A stretch of 64,000 nt of DNA from Leucoraja ocellata (GCA_036785375.1 JAWMAR010000077.1:1426001-1490000), one strand, 5' to 3'; shown: positions 38,157 through 51,464, counted from the first letter of the stretch. Made by a program: numbers and translations. Notes: generated by a model not told the origin, from the letters alone.

Positions 38157-41091
38157 CTACAAATTAAGAACAGATTAACATCAGTTTCCAGATCATAGAA
38201 ATCTGTGGCATAAAAATGGTTGTTTGGCAATTTGTATTCATGCCAGCAAAAACTGCCTTTGATCCCGGACAGCAGTCATATAACTGAGTCTGGAGTCACA
38301 GATTGGACAAAAGCACCAGGTTTCCTTTCCTAAAGACAAATATTTTTAAAACAATCGAATAATCTCAAGGCCATCAGTACCCCTGCTATCTTTTTATTCC
38401 AGGATTCTTTAAATAACTAAATGTCATTTTGCCAGCTGCTTTAGTAGAAATAGGTAATCTCCCCAACTTATCAGTTCAGCTTTCTATTTTCCTGTTATAC
38501 GCAAAGTTCATAGGCACAACATAAATCTACTTTTCATCAACATTCTGTGCTGTATCATTTTATGACTATGACTATGTTGCCAATGAAAATATGCTCAAAA
38601 ATATGTTTTCTTACATTTCTTCACAGGAGACAGCAATCTAGAGAATCAATGGTGTATCCTATGTTGCATTAACATCTTTTCTGTAGCAAAGACCAAAACA
38701 GGTGACCTCCTGCCCACCCCCTCCCCTTTTACATTCATGCCGGATATTGAAAAGTTGTATCTTTACTGATCAAATTTGTAATGCTGCGGTGGGCAGGAAG
38801 GAAGGCGTGAGGGCCGCATTGACAGCAGGCACAAAAGCAGTAGGAACATACAAATTGGGAAAGAAGCAAACAGAAGAGGAATAGGCAGAGAAAAAAAGTT
38901 AAATGTTAATATGTTGGACCCAAGCTTGGTGAAGTGGCTGTTGTGTGTAAAAACAGTTACATTCCCTTGTACTCAGCACCTGTAAAATGAAACCTCAGCG
39001 TCGGCAGCAGAGTCAAGAGTCCTAACACATAGGAAAGACTGCTGTGGTTTAACCACAAATGCAGAAATTGGCTCATTAGGGAAACAAGGCCCTGTATCAG
39101 AGGATCAGTATCAATAGAAGTTTAAACCAATTTCTGCACAAAATATTTGCAAGTCAGGGGATGTGGTTATCAGACCTATCTAATTGCAGCACACCTCAAA
39201 TTCAAGGGCAGTCAAGTTTTGTTTTTGTGCCATGCACAAGGGCAATGAGGTAGAGGTACAATGAAAATGTTGCTTGCAGCAGCATTACATAAACATAGAC
39301 GCAGACAGCACACAAAACATAACATACACAAATTGTGCAAGACAGTGGAAGTAAAAAAATGCAAAAAAAAAATCAGGATATCAGTGGAAAAATACAAAGT
39401 CAAATTCAGCGAAGAGTCAAATGCTAGTTCAAACTCACCCTTCAGACAGCATTAAACTGTGCACCTTAACACTGCAGTCTAAAGTGGGAAGGTGATTGGC
39501 CAAATATCTGACAGACATCCGCTTGAATATGCTGAAGGTCCATTCATTTCTCAGCACATATTTATAATTCTACAATGACACTTCTGAGAATCACCATCAG
39601 TTTTCCTTGAGGTGACAAGAACGGGATTTATACGAAAAACTCACCACCAGAAAGCAAAAGTGCCGATTTTAGCTGATATGTTTGATTGATTCAACAAATG
39701 CTTACAAAATAAATTTTAAACACTGTTTAAGGATTACAGTTATAGGGATGAACACTATTTCTCGAAATTCCTTGGTTACTTAGGGAAATAATAGATTTCC
39801 TATTATTGATTAGAAATAATAAATTCCTATTATTGCAGAAAATAAATAATGATCAAAAAAATAGCTGAATATTGTGTATAATGTTTTGTATAAGGAGGCT
39901 ATTGCTTATTGACTGTGCATACGCTCTCATTACAAATAGAGATCTGATAGCTACACTAGAGCAAACGCCAAAATATTCAACTTCCAACATTACCACCCTG
40001 CTTAGATTTCAAGAATGTTGAGGAGTGATCATATTTCTAACCCCAAAAAATGTTAGAAAGTTCCAACCTTGTCCATAACGCAGGGAAATATCCCGTTCCC
40101 ATGAATGGGCAAGCCAGGAAAGTGATAATGGGATAATAATTAAGTCCTTGGGAAGGTGTAAGTGGCAGACAGACAGGCAAGTGGATGGAAATCTGGGTGA
40201 AGGGAAAAGCAAGAAATCCAGAAACTGCTTGTGCAAATACAGAGATGTGCTGTCATCAGGAATCTTAGGAGACGATTGGTGGTGCCAGATAAGAGTCAGG
40301 TTATCGTAATTTTTTACAGATGACAGCGATACTGCGTGGGTGTCAAACAGAATAGGCCCAACAGCGCCAGTTGGATGTCATACCGGCAGCAAGAATCATT
40401 AAAGCAATAATCTGATGGTTATATTAAAACTTACACTCTTTAGAATTAAGAAAGAGTAAAAATGTTTCACTGGTCACTTCTTGGACATGTTCTGCCATAA
40501 AAAATGATGTAAACTAAGCAAGGAAATAGGTTCCAGGAGATAATTAGATTGCAAGTGTTTTATACGGAGATGAAAACCATAAAACATGTTAGGAGTGAAA
40601 GGTACATAGTTTGAGACATTCTGTATCATATCATGCAACAAAGAGAGAAAAACCTGTACAGTACAGAGGTGTGAAATGTTGTCAGATAATTGGAGTGGCG
40701 TTGTAATTTCTTAGCAGTGAACTTTATTTCGGCATTGAGACACCGTGGGGACCACTAGCAATGAGAAAGGCACAGGGGGTAAAGGGCATTGCTACTACAT
40801 TTCTGCTGAATGTTCCTGGTTGTTCCACGTGTGTAGTTGCAGCAATAACTGGCTTGGATCAACAGCTCATGCGCCTTTTGCTCCATGTTGTCAATTCATG
40901 TAGGTGCACAAATGTATATTTCAAAATGATTTAATCAAATCCTCGATATTCTTCTTGTTATTGTCGCACAATAAACACAAGCTACGGGAAATTAATGGCC
41001 AACATTTCCCATGAAAAGCTGTTATTAGCTCAACGAAACTAAACAGTTAGAGATGAGGATACAATTTCCAGCATTCTTCAGCAATACTCAC

Positions 41092-41190
41092 CCACAATAG
41101 ATTCAGGAGGAGAATAAAACTGGCCATCTGAGATAGGGCCAGGTAGAATAAGAGGTGCTTGTTCTGAAAAGTCAGATATAGTAAAGATAC
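41092..41190 (-). CDS. STARD3NL: STARD3NL coding exon with FFAT-like motif
   Basis: IFTISDFSEQAPLILPGPISDGQFYSPPESIV; QFYSPPE is the STARD3/STARD3NL VAP-binding motif; AG/GT boundaries, phase 1-1. Confidence 0.93.
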
Positions 41191-42246
41191 CTGGAATAAA
41201 AAGGGTAACATTGAGATGAAAGACACTAGCTGAATTATTACATTACATAGAAACTATACACACTCCCTGTCCTTAGTAAGGGTTATGTTCTGTAAATCCT
41301 TACGCAAGTCAGATTTTATGCAAGACAGAATCACCTTAAAACTAGATAGAAACAAAAAACTTCAGTTTCTAGTTCATAAGTTCATTGGAGGAGAATTAGG
41401 CCATTCGGCCCATGGAGTCTACACCGCCATTCAAGCATGGCTGATCTTTCTTTCCCTCTCTACTGCCATGTTCCTGTAACCTTTGATACCTTTTACTAAT
41501 CAAGAACATGTCAAACTCCCCTTTAAAACTACTCAAAGACGGCCTCCACAACAATGAATTCCACAGATTCACCATCTGCTGGCTTAAGTAATTCCTCCTC
41601 CTTTCCTCTCAAGGCACATTCTTTCATTCTGATGTTTTGCCCTCTAGTCCTGGACTCTCCCACTGGTGGAAACATCCTCTCCACATCCACTCGATCTAGG
41701 TCTTTCAGTGTTTGGTAAGTTTCAATGAGATCTACTCCCTCATCCTTCTAAACATCAGTGAGAACAGGCCCAGAGACATCAAATGCTCATCATATGTTAA
41801 TCCAATCATCCCCGGGAACATTCTCGTAAACCTCCTCTGGGCCCCCTCCAATCCAGCACATCTCTCCTGAGGTATGGGGCCAAACACTGCTCACAATCAA
41901 GGTTGAACACCTATTTTCCAGCAACTGATGGTCCGCCCACACCTATAACCCGGACACAATTATGAGAGCTCAGCTGAAATTCCCTGAGCGTCCAGATGGC
42001 ATTGCGAGTGGGGAACCCTCTTTCCGGTCATGTCCCTACATCATGAAAGAATTAACTAGTAAGTAAGTAAGTACGTTTTATTTATATAGCATGTTTTAAG
42101 TCAACTCGCATTGACACCAAAGTGCTTTACATAAAATAGATAATAAGTTTCCATACAAACCAGAGAAAAAGGTTAAAAAAAATTAAGAAAATGGACACAA
42201 CACATTATAGAGTTCAACACAAACATCCCCTATGTTCAACTATGTT

Positions 42247-42491
42247 CAAGAAGGAACTGCAGATGCTGGAAAATCGAACGTAGACAAAAGTGCTGGAGAA
42301 ACTCAGCGGGTGCGGCAGCATCTATGGAGCGAAGGAAATAGGCAACGTTTTGGGCCGAAACCCTTCTTCAGACCGAGGCAAGTTTGAAGAAACCCAGTCT
42401 GAAGAAGGGTTTCGGCCCGAAACGTTGCCTATTACCTTCGCTCCATAAATGCTGCCGCACCCGCTGAGTTTCTCCAGCACTTATGTCTACC
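42247..42491. repeat. Inverted pair of Penelope-like termini, each with a hammerhead-like motif
   Basis: Left terminus 42247-42373; its part 42280-42373 is the near-perfect reverse complement of 42397-42491. Confidence 0.8.
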
Positions 42492-42537
42492 AAAGAATGC
42501 TCTCAATCTTCTCTCCTAAGCCCCCTTCTAACAAATG

Positions 42538-43314
42538 CTGAATGTAGTGGATGGACCAGCCGACCCTTGCTTAGCTCACAATGTCTCGCCGCCCATTTAG
42601 AGCCTCGGCCTCTGATGCCACTCCAGCCTAGCAAGGTGCATCAGCGACCCTTTCTTCACCTACCGAGAGGACACAAAGTGCTGGAGTAATTCAGCGGGTC
42701 AGGATCGCTAGAGAACATAGATAGGTGACATCAGGACCCTTCCTCAGATTCATTCAGTCGGATGAATTACTCCAGCACTTTGTGTTTCAGTGTGCCCCCT
42801 CAGTCACCGTGGGGCTCCCTCTCCTCTCACCTGCTGTTGCTTCCAAGGTGGAGTATATCTTCGACTCCTGGGGAGGATGAGATGGCAGTGGTGGTGGAGG
42901 GGAGGGGGCGGGGGGGTGGAGAAGAAAGTGGCTACCTAACGGTCGGTAGGTGTGGCCTAACCCCTCCCCTCCTCCCCCACCTCATCCTTCTCCCCCAGAG
43001 TCACCGATATACTCCACCTTAGAAACGACAACACGTGAGAGGGGAGGGAGCCCCATGGTGACCGATGGAGCATAATGAAACACAAAGTGCTGGAGTAACG
43101 CAGTCGACTGAATCAGTCTGAGGAAGGGTCCCGATGTTGTCTATTCATGTTCTCCAGAGATTATGACCTGCTGAATTACTCCAGCACTTTGTATCCTTTC
43201 GGTGGGTGAAGAAGGGCTCGCTAGTGCGAGTTAGGAGTGGTATCGGAGACTCTAAACGGCCATGTAGACGGTGCGAGTTGGGATAGGTTGGCAGGTCCTT
43301 CCATTGACATTCAG
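42538..43314. repeat. Large imperfect palindrome (fold-back), centre near 42940
   Basis: Arms match in reverse complement, e.g. CCAAGGTGGAGTATATC / GATATACTCCACCTTAG and TTTCTTCACCTACCGA / TCGGTGGGTGAAGAAG. Confidence 0.8.
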
Positions 43315-44473
43315 TTTACATTTTATATTTGTTTTATTTTAAGTTTCTGGCACACCATGATGCTTTAGAAACACAGGAGGACAGTCATTAGCACGCCAGA
43401 TGTGTATTGTCGATTCATTGTCACATGACCCGTTAGTCCAGAAAAACAGATTATCCAGAAGGGCTTTGGAACCGAGGGTGTCGGAAAATTCGGTGTTCAA
43501 CCTATACTCCAAATGTAGTTTGACCTAATGTAGTGCCTTATAAAACCTCAGCATTATCTCCCTGCATTTGTGTTCTAGTCCTCTCAAAATGAATGGTAAC
43601 ATTGGATTTGTCTTCTTCACTACAGATTCAAACTGTAAATGTTTTGGGAATCCTGCACCAGCACTCCCAAGTCCCTTTGCGCCTCTGATTTCTGAATTCT
43701 CGCCCCATTTAGAAAGTAGTCCACACTTTCCTAAAACCAAAGTGCATAACTGCACATTTTGCTGTACTGCAGTCTATCTGCCACTTTGCCCACTTTCCCA
43801 ACTTGCCCAAGTCCTCTTGCAGACTCACTGCTTCCCCTACACTACCTGCCACTCCACATATCTTCGTATCATCTGCAGACTTGGCCACAAAGTCATCAAT
43901 TCCATCATTCAAATCATTAACATAAAACGTGAAAAGCAGTGGACACACACCAACCCCCTGCAGAACGTCACTATCCACTGGCAGCCCACCAGAAAAAGCC
44001 ACCTTTATTCCCACTCTTTGCCTTCTGCCATTAAGCCAATCTTCTAGCCTTGCTGGTATCTTCCCTCTAATACCATGGGCTCTCATCTTGTTAAGCAGCC
44101 TCTTGGTTATAACACAAAACAACGCAAAGTGCTCCAGTAACTCAGCAGGTCAGCCTGACCCACTGAGGTAGTCTAGTACTTTGTGTCGTTTTATCTTAAA
44201 ACTAGCACCAATACTGCTGGTCTGCACCAGTGAGCCCATCTTCAGCAGCTGCCACACCGACTGGTTCTGGTTTGAATTTGTTTCTCATTCAAAAGATGGT
44301 ACTGTAAGTTGAATATAGGTTGTAGATAAATCAAAAGACCAGACAGGCAACCTTGAAAAGTGTAGACTTCAATACTCGTGATTCATCTTTTATCAGGACT
44401 TTGTATATCATCTGCTCTACCCAGTGTACTGAGGGATAGTAAATTTAAAAGTAAATAGAGTAACTTTACTAAC

Positions 44474-44594
44474 TGTTTTCATCCTTTGCCTCTTGTGGCA
44501 AAACTTTAAAATCCAGAAACCATGTCTCGATCCAGGCCAGTATGAAGGAGATTATTGGCAGCAAATAGGCAAAGGCTGTACCTTCCATCAAGAG
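44474..44594 (-). CDS. STARD3NL: STARD3NL coding exon (MENTAL TM4)
   Basis: LLMEGTAFAYLLPIISFILAWIETWFLDFKVLPQEAKDEN; AG/GT boundaries, phase 0-1. Confidence 0.96.
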
Positions 44595-44696
44595 CTAAAG
44601 TGAAATCAGACATGTTTAGGTCAAAGAAATTAGCTGCAGGTATATCTCAGCATAAATCTTTTGGACAGAACGCAAGTTTCAATGATTACTTCATAC

Positions 44697-44750
44697 CTTG
44701 GAAATTATGACCTTTGCAATTAGAAAGGCACTGGTAACAGCAGTTGTAAC
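44697..44750 (-). CDS. STARD3NL: STARD3NL coding exon
   Basis: VTTAVTSAFLIAKVIISK; CAG / GTATGA boundaries. Confidence 0.96.
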
Positions 44751-44920
44751 CTGGAACAGAAGAAGCATTCTCTGTTACAGCAGAGTTCGGGCTATGAAAA
44801 CTTTTACACCTAATCGCAAATGTTATTTGAATGAAGGCATATTTACAGTGAAAAGGGAACTCAAGGAAAATAAACCATAAAGAGTAAGCTACCACAATGT
44901 GATAAGTTTTAATCTGCAAT

Positions 44921-47830
44921 TTGAAGGGGAGAAGGCGATATTGGATGTGTCAGTATCGCAGCTGGCCAAAAGGGAACTACAGAGGCATGAGGGAGGAGCT
45001 GGCCATAGTTGACTGGAAAAGGACCCTAGCAGGGATGACAGTGGAACAGCAATGGCACGGATTTATAACCATATAATAATATAACAATTACAGCACGGAA
45101 ACAGGCCATCTCGACCCTTCTAGTCCGTGCTGAACACATAATCTCCCCTAGTCCCATATACCTGCGCTCAGACCATAACCCTCCATTCCCTTCCCATCCA
45201 TATAACTATCCAATTTATTTTTAAATGATAAAAACGAACCTGCCTCCACCACCTTCACTGGAAGCTCATTCCACACAGCCACCACTCTCTGAGTAAAGAA
45301 GTTCCCCCTCATGTTACCCCTAAACTTCAGTCCCTTAATTCTCATGTCATGTCCCCTTGTTTGAATCTTCCCTACTCTCAGTGGGAAAAGCTTTTCCACG
45401 TCAACTCTGTCTATCCCTCTCATCATTTTAAAAACCTCTATCAAGTCCCCCCTTAACCTTCTGCGCTCCAAAGAATAAAGCCCTAACTTGTTCAACCTTT
45501 CTCTGTAACTTAGTTGCTGAAACCCAGGCAACATTCTAGTAAATCTCCTCTGTACTCTCTCTACTTTGTTGACATCCTTCCTATAATTAGGCGACCAAAA
45601 TTGTACACCATACTCCAGAATTGGCCTCACCAATGTCTTGTACAATTTTAACATTACATCCCAACTTCTATACTCAATGCTCTGATTTATAAAGGCCAGC
45701 ACACCAAAAGCTTTCTTTACCACCCTATCTACATGAGATTCCACTTTCAGGGAACTGTGCACAGTTATTCCCAGATCCCTCTGTTCACCTACATTCTTCA
45801 ATTCCCTACCATTTACCATGTACTCCATGGATTTCTGGGAATAATCCGGAAGATGCAGGATCTTTTCATTCCAAAGAGGAAGAAAGATTCTAGGGGGAGA
45901 AAGAGGAAACCGTGGCTGACAAGGGAAGTCACAGACAGAATAAAACTAAAAGAGAAGGCGTATAACATAGCAAAGTTTAGTGGGAAGCCAGAGGATTGGG
46001 AAGCTTTTAAATAACAGAGGGTAACTAAAAAGACAATAAGGGGAGAAATTAAGAAATACAGATGTAAGCTAGCCAATAATATAAAATAGGATAGCAAGAG
46101 TTTCTTCAGTTATATAAAGAGCAAGAAAGAGGCAAGAGTGGCCATTGGACCGCTGGAGAATGATGCAGGAGAAGTGATAATGGGGAATAAAGTAATGGCA
46201 CAGGAGTTGAATAACTTTTTTTGCATCAGTCTTCACAGTGGAAGACACCAGCAATATGCCTGAAATTCAAGAGAGGCAGGGAGTCAAAGTTAGTGGTGGC
46301 TATTTCTAGGGAGAGGATGCTTGGGAAGCTGAAAGGGCTGAAGGTGGATAGGTTACTGGGGCCGGATGGGCTGCACCCTAGGGTTCTGAAAGAGGTGGCT
46401 TTAGAGATTGTGGAGGCATTGATAGTGATATTCCAGGAATCACTAGAATCAGGAGGGGTCGCAGATGACTGGAAAATTGCCAATATTACCTCGCAGCTCA
46501 AAAAGGGAGCAAGACAGAATAGTGGGAACTTTAGGACAGTTAGTCTGACTTTGGTGGTTGGTAAGATTTTAGAGTCCATTATAAAGGATGAGGTTACGGA
46601 GTTATGAGAAGTTCACGATAAAATAGCCCAAAGTCAGCATGGCTTTGTGAAGGGGAAGTCTTGCTTGACATATTTGCTGGAATTCTTTGAAAAAGTAAAT
46701 AGCAGCTCAGACAAAGGAGAGTCAGTAGATGTTGTTTACTTAGATAAGGTGCCACACGTTAGGCTGCCCACGGTATCAAAGGGCAGATACAAGCAGGTTG
46801 GCTGGATGACAGAAGACAAAGAGTGGCAATAAAGGCGGCCTTTTCTGGTTGGCTGCCAGTGACTAGTGGAGGTTCGCAAGGGTCAGTGCTGGGGCCGCTA
46901 CTCTTCACATTTTATATTAATGATTTGGACGAAGGGATTGAAGACTTTGTGACCAAGTTTGCGGATGATACCAAAATAGGTGGAGAGGCAGTTGGTGTAG
47001 AGAAAGCAGGGACTCTGCAGAAGGACTTGGACAGGTTGGGAGTGGGCAGAGAATTGGCAGATGGAGTATTGTGAAGCAAAGTGTGCAGTCATGCATTTTG
47101 GTAGTAGGAACAATGGCGTAGACAATTTTCTAAATGGGGTGAGAATCCTGAAATCAGAGGTGCACAGGGGCTTGGGAGTGCTAGTGCAGGATTCTCAAAA
47201 AGTTACTCTGTAAGTCGAATCGGTAGCAAAGAAAGCAAATACAATGCGAACGGCATTCATTTCAAGAGGGCTTATATACAAAAACAGGGAAAAACAGAGG
47301 CTGGTAAGGCTGCCTTTGGAATATTGTGAGCAATTTTGGGCACCATATCTGACGAAGGATATACTGGCTCTGGAGAGGGTCCAGAGGAGGTTTACAAGAA
47401 TAATCCAGGAATTAGTAGGTTAACCAATGATGCGCCTTTGTCGGCACTGGGCCTGTACTCGCTGGAGTTCAGAAGAATGAGGGGGGACCTCATTGAAACA
47501 TACAGAATAGTGAAAGGCTTGGATAGAGTGGATGTGGAGAGGAGTTTCCACCAGTGGGAGAGACTGCGACTAGAGGTGATAACCTCAGAATTAAAGGACG
47601 TTCTTTTAGGAAGATGAGGAGAAATTTATTTTGTCAGAGGGTGGTGAATCTGTGGAATTCTTTGCCAAGTCAAGTCAGTGAATATTTTTAAGGCAGAGAT
47701 ATATTCTTGATAGGAAAGGTGTCAGAGGTTATGGGGAGAAGGAAGGAGAATGGGGTGAGGAGGGAGAGATAGCTCAGCCATAATTGAATGTCACAGTAGA
47801 CTTGATGGGCCAAATAGCCAAATTCTACTC
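44921..47830 (+). mobile_element. Older degenerate CR1 hosting a younger CR1
   Basis: KPWLT, GPDGLHPRVLKE, FADDTK and LEFRRMRGDLIE fragments with stops and frameshifts. Confidence 0.88.
45065..45828 (-). mobile_element. Young 5'-truncated CR1 nested in the older CR1
   Basis: ORF 45148-45828 almost identical to the C-terminus of the 52379-55513 ORF; flanking duplication GGATTT at 45059-45064 / 45829-45834. Confidence 0.93.
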
Positions 47831-48289
47831 CTATTCCTTATGAGCTTATATAAAAACAACCTGGTGCTTTACCATTTCTAATACGCCCGCTGTCTCCAAC
47901 ATGTTCAGGCTGCTCTGTTGTCTATACAGTGGGAAAACAACATTTGGAGGAAATTGCTAATGTTCTCATCCAACAGATCATTGTTATTGATAATTAGTTG
48001 TCAGGATACAACGTCTATAATCACCTTGTATTAGACTTGCCTTTGGAACCAGGCAAAAGGCAAGTTTATTGCTCAGGTGATTGTAGAGAATATATCCTTT
48101 TGGACAGTTGTCAATGTGGACAGTTAGCACTAAGACCTTGATTCTTTTCCCTGCAAGATAGTGCCATAACCTAAAAATCAGATGTGTACAATATTTTTCA
48201 AATTTTTGCCTGATTTGAAAAGAGTCGTGTTTCTGGGCTACATTTAATAGGTCAATTTCCTATCATAACAGCCGAGAAGAGTCACTCAC

Positions 48290-48367
48290 CGCGATCACCC
48301 ACCAATGGCGTAACCTACACAGTGCGTATGCAAAAATTAGCATAAAGAATCGAAATACTGCCAGTAA
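48290..48367 (-). CDS. STARD3NL: STARD3NL coding exon
   Basis: LLAVFRFFMLIFAYALCRLRHWWVIA; CAG / GTGAGT boundaries. Confidence 0.96.
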
Positions 48368-48460
48368 CTGCAAAAACAAAGAGAGATAGATAAAACTCAC
48401 ACCAGATTTAGAATGGAGCATTTAGCAAGTTCTTCAAGGGAAATGAGAACATTTACTCAC

Positions 48461-48538
48461 AAATATATCGAAGTAAGAGTGTTGGAAATTATAATTAATA
48501 ACTTCATTCTTTAAACTATTAATTATGCCTCCATCTAC
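48461..48538 (-). CDS. STARD3NL: STARD3NL coding exon
   Basis: VDGGIINSLKNEVINYNFQHSYFDIF; TAG / GTGAGT boundaries. Confidence 0.95.
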
Positions 48539-48887
48539 CTAGAAAACATAAAAAGAAAGATAAGTAGAATCACTTTGTCAACAGTTGTTCTTGAAACTGA
48601 GTGAAATAATGTTACATCTAGAAATGTTTGGTAACTATTTTTAAATTTTAAACGTGGATCAAATACACATAACAATTTTTACCACTCAAAGTGACACCAC
48701 TTTATTAATAATTATTTCAACAAAATTAATGTGTTCTGTTTGTGTAATTCTAAACAGTGCCGTGATTCACAGCAAGAAAACAGGCCCTTCAGCCCAAGTC
48801 GTCCATGCTGATCACAATGCTCCATCTAAGCTAGTCCCATTGTCTGTGTTTGGCCCATATCTCTTTAAACCTTTCCTCTCCATACCT

Positions 48888-50862
48888 GTCCAAGTGTGTG
48901 TTTAAATGCTGTTATAGAACTTGCCTCAACTGCTGAACCTGAAGGGCTACTTTTTCAATCAGAGGGTGGTTGTCCATATACCCACCACCCTCTGATTGAA
49001 AAAGTTGCCCCTCAGGTTCATATTAAATATTGCCCATCGCGTCCAAATGCAATACAGCTCACGTATTTGCATTAAGCCCCATAAGCCCCATTCCGCAGCC
49101 CTCTTGGTGAGATGATGAAGAGCCTGCTGTAATTTTTAATAACCTTCTGCATTATCTACGATACCACCTACTTTAATGTCAGCTGTAAACTTACTAAATC
49201 TTGCTTTGTACATTCTCATCCAAATCGCTGAGTCACACCGCTCGCCACAGGTCTCTAGTCCGAAAAACAGTCTTTTACTGCCACCGTTGCCTTCCTTCCA
49301 TTAAGCAAATTCTGTGTCCAGTTTGCTAGATCTCCATTGATCTCATTGATAATATTGGCCAAATAAATATGTCACAAAATGGAGGATCTCTGCATTTGCA
49401 AAGCCTGCTTGTTCTCCTTCTGTGAAAAGCTGTAGGGCCATAAGTCATGGCTCCAGGGTGTCTGGACCCTGGGAGGAAGTAAGTACAAGACGATGTCCAG
49501 ATGTTCTCCCTATTGTTAATATGTATGAGGGTTTTGCAGAAAGAGCTGGGCAGGGTTGCAAATGCATGATCAAGATTGGTTATAGATTGGGGTGTTGTAA
49601 AGTATTGTTAATTATGTTGTAGAGTGTTTGTGCTGTTATCTTATGATTGGTCAACGTATGGAGCCTTGTTCAAATTGTTTATACTACCTGGGGAAATGTT
49701 TCTTTACTTTGGTGAACTGTCTTCTATGGAAATAATGTAATGGGATACTTTGTGATTGGGTTAGGGAACTGTCAATAAATGTATTATATGATCTTTATTT
49801 GTGATTAGCTTTTAGAGGTCCCCCCCCATATAGTTTTGCACCACAGGGAAAACTACAGTCATAGGATTGAACTTGGGTCTCTGGCGTAGTTCGGCAGCAA
49901 GTCTACCACTGCGTCACCATGTCACCCAGTACAAAAAAATGAAAGTAGGAAATCGGCTCAACTGCAAAATTGAAAGCAAAGGTTCCCGGAATATTATAAA
50001 AGAAAATAAATCAGATCCACAAAAAAAATCATGTTGTGCAATTCTGGTCAACTAACTACTGAAATAAAGTTGCTGGCTGAAGATCATAGGGAAAACAGAA
50101 TTTACTGTCAGGAGAAACAGAGATAAAACTGCAAAAGTCTTCAGTCACAGACCAGCAGAAGAATTTACACATAATTCGGTTTACAACTCTTTCTCAACAA
50201 AGAGCAAGGATGCTAATGGTGTGGAACCAGGATAGAAAAGGGAACAGGGGTAGAAATATCAACACAAAGCTGATAAATACAGAAGTTATCTATAGTTTAC
50301 TGTGACTTCCCAACAAAGTTACCATCATTAGATGACCCGATTGTTATATCTGATTTTGCAATAACAAACTTTCTGACCAAATCATAGCTGACATTTAAAA
50401 TATAAAATGAATATTCCTGACAAAGGCAGAAAACATAACCATAAACTGTAGGCCTTGATCCCATCTGTTCCGAAGGAAAGCTTGTGTACAACTACTCTCC
50501 ATCCATTTTTGGTGAGATCCTGCCCTCTATGCTTTCGCCACAAGCCAAGCCTCCCACTGACTCCTTCTCCCAGCTGTTACTTAACCCCACAATTAAATCC
50601 ACAAGGTCATTTCAATAAACAACAGAATTATTAAAACCTGTTCATCAGAATGCAAATCAATAAAAAGTTTAGTACTTACATTCAATTCGATTATCCACAA
50701 CAAACCAACAAATAGTAGATCAAACGTAACAAATAAACAGAAAGTCCTCCTGACATCAGAAATATTTCTTTTACCAATTGGTTTATACGAGTCTAACCTA
50801 GCTGCAACTTGGGCTGCGGTGATGGATTGCATAGTACTGATGGAGGCACTGTGACCAAAGGA
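48888..50862 (+). repeat. Local segmental duplication, copy A (copy B at 61955-63692)
   Basis: Collinear direct match including unique intron and exon sequence, with copy-specific indels. Confidence 0.92.
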
Positions 50863-50904
50863 ATTGACTCCAGCATTTTCCGGGCCAGTCGGCAATTTGC
50901 TCAT
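50680..50904 (-). CDS. STARD3NL: STARD3NL first coding exon (exon acceptor at 50953)
   Basis: MSKLPTG...ISDVRRTFCLFVTFDLLFVGLLWIIELN, 75 codons, donor GTAAGT; MENTAL domain start. The joined CDS is 231 aa with no START domain, which distinguishes it from STARD3. Confidence 0.95.
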
Positions 50905-51464
50905 CCTGCAAGGGCCTGGCGCCAATCATTAACAGATTCAGCATCACCACAAGCTGCGAAAGAACATAAACGTAAACGTAAGATCTCAGGAGTGCAGAGT
51001 TAAAACAATTTAATAAAACTAACTAGACTTGAATAAATATAAAAGTTAACAACTTATTGGTGGAAATAAGCAACTACAAATTATCATATAGTAAAAGAGA
51101 AATAAACTGTTCTCTTCTTTCTCCCCCTGGCATTTATCCCAGTAAATAATGTGTCCTCAGAGAACAGTACACGTTTACAATTGTAAGCTTGATAATAATT
51201 ATGCTGGAGAGCAACTTTAAAATAGAACAACACTCCAGGCACTTCAAGTCAAGAGAGTTTATTGTCATGTGTCCCAGATAGGACAATAACATTCTTGCTT
51301 GCTGCAGCACAACAGAATATAGTAACATGCACTTCCCAAGAAAATTAACAGCATTTGACAAAAACACACCAGAAAATAGTAGCTGATCAGCCAGAAACAT
51401 GATAAGCATGATAGATAGGCATGATAAGCAGGAAAAGAAGGAAGTAGATAAACAATCTGAGTGT

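Larger units (their letters stand above)
41898..43504. mobile_element. Tc1/mariner (Tigger/pogo-like) non-autonomous element with nested repeats
   Basis: TIRs AGGTTGAACACCTATTTTCC / GGAAAATTCGGTGTTCAACCT, inserted at a TA of the CR1. Confidence 0.7.
41372..44103 (-). mobile_element. Old CR1 split by a DNA transposon (CR1 parts about 41372-41897 and 43505-44103)
   Basis: RAHGIRGK...NDLNDGID...SADDTK RT; TGCTCACAA(TA)CTCCAAATG rejoins across the insertion. Confidence 0.8.

Noticed and set aside
40009-40236. Minus-strand PIITFLA resembling STARD3NL TM4
   Set aside because: The true exon is at 44474-44594; this match is short and lacks splice sites.
38116-50904. STARD3 (MLN64) as an alternative call
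   Set aside because: The CDS stops right after the FFAT/acidic tail and no START-domain exons follow.
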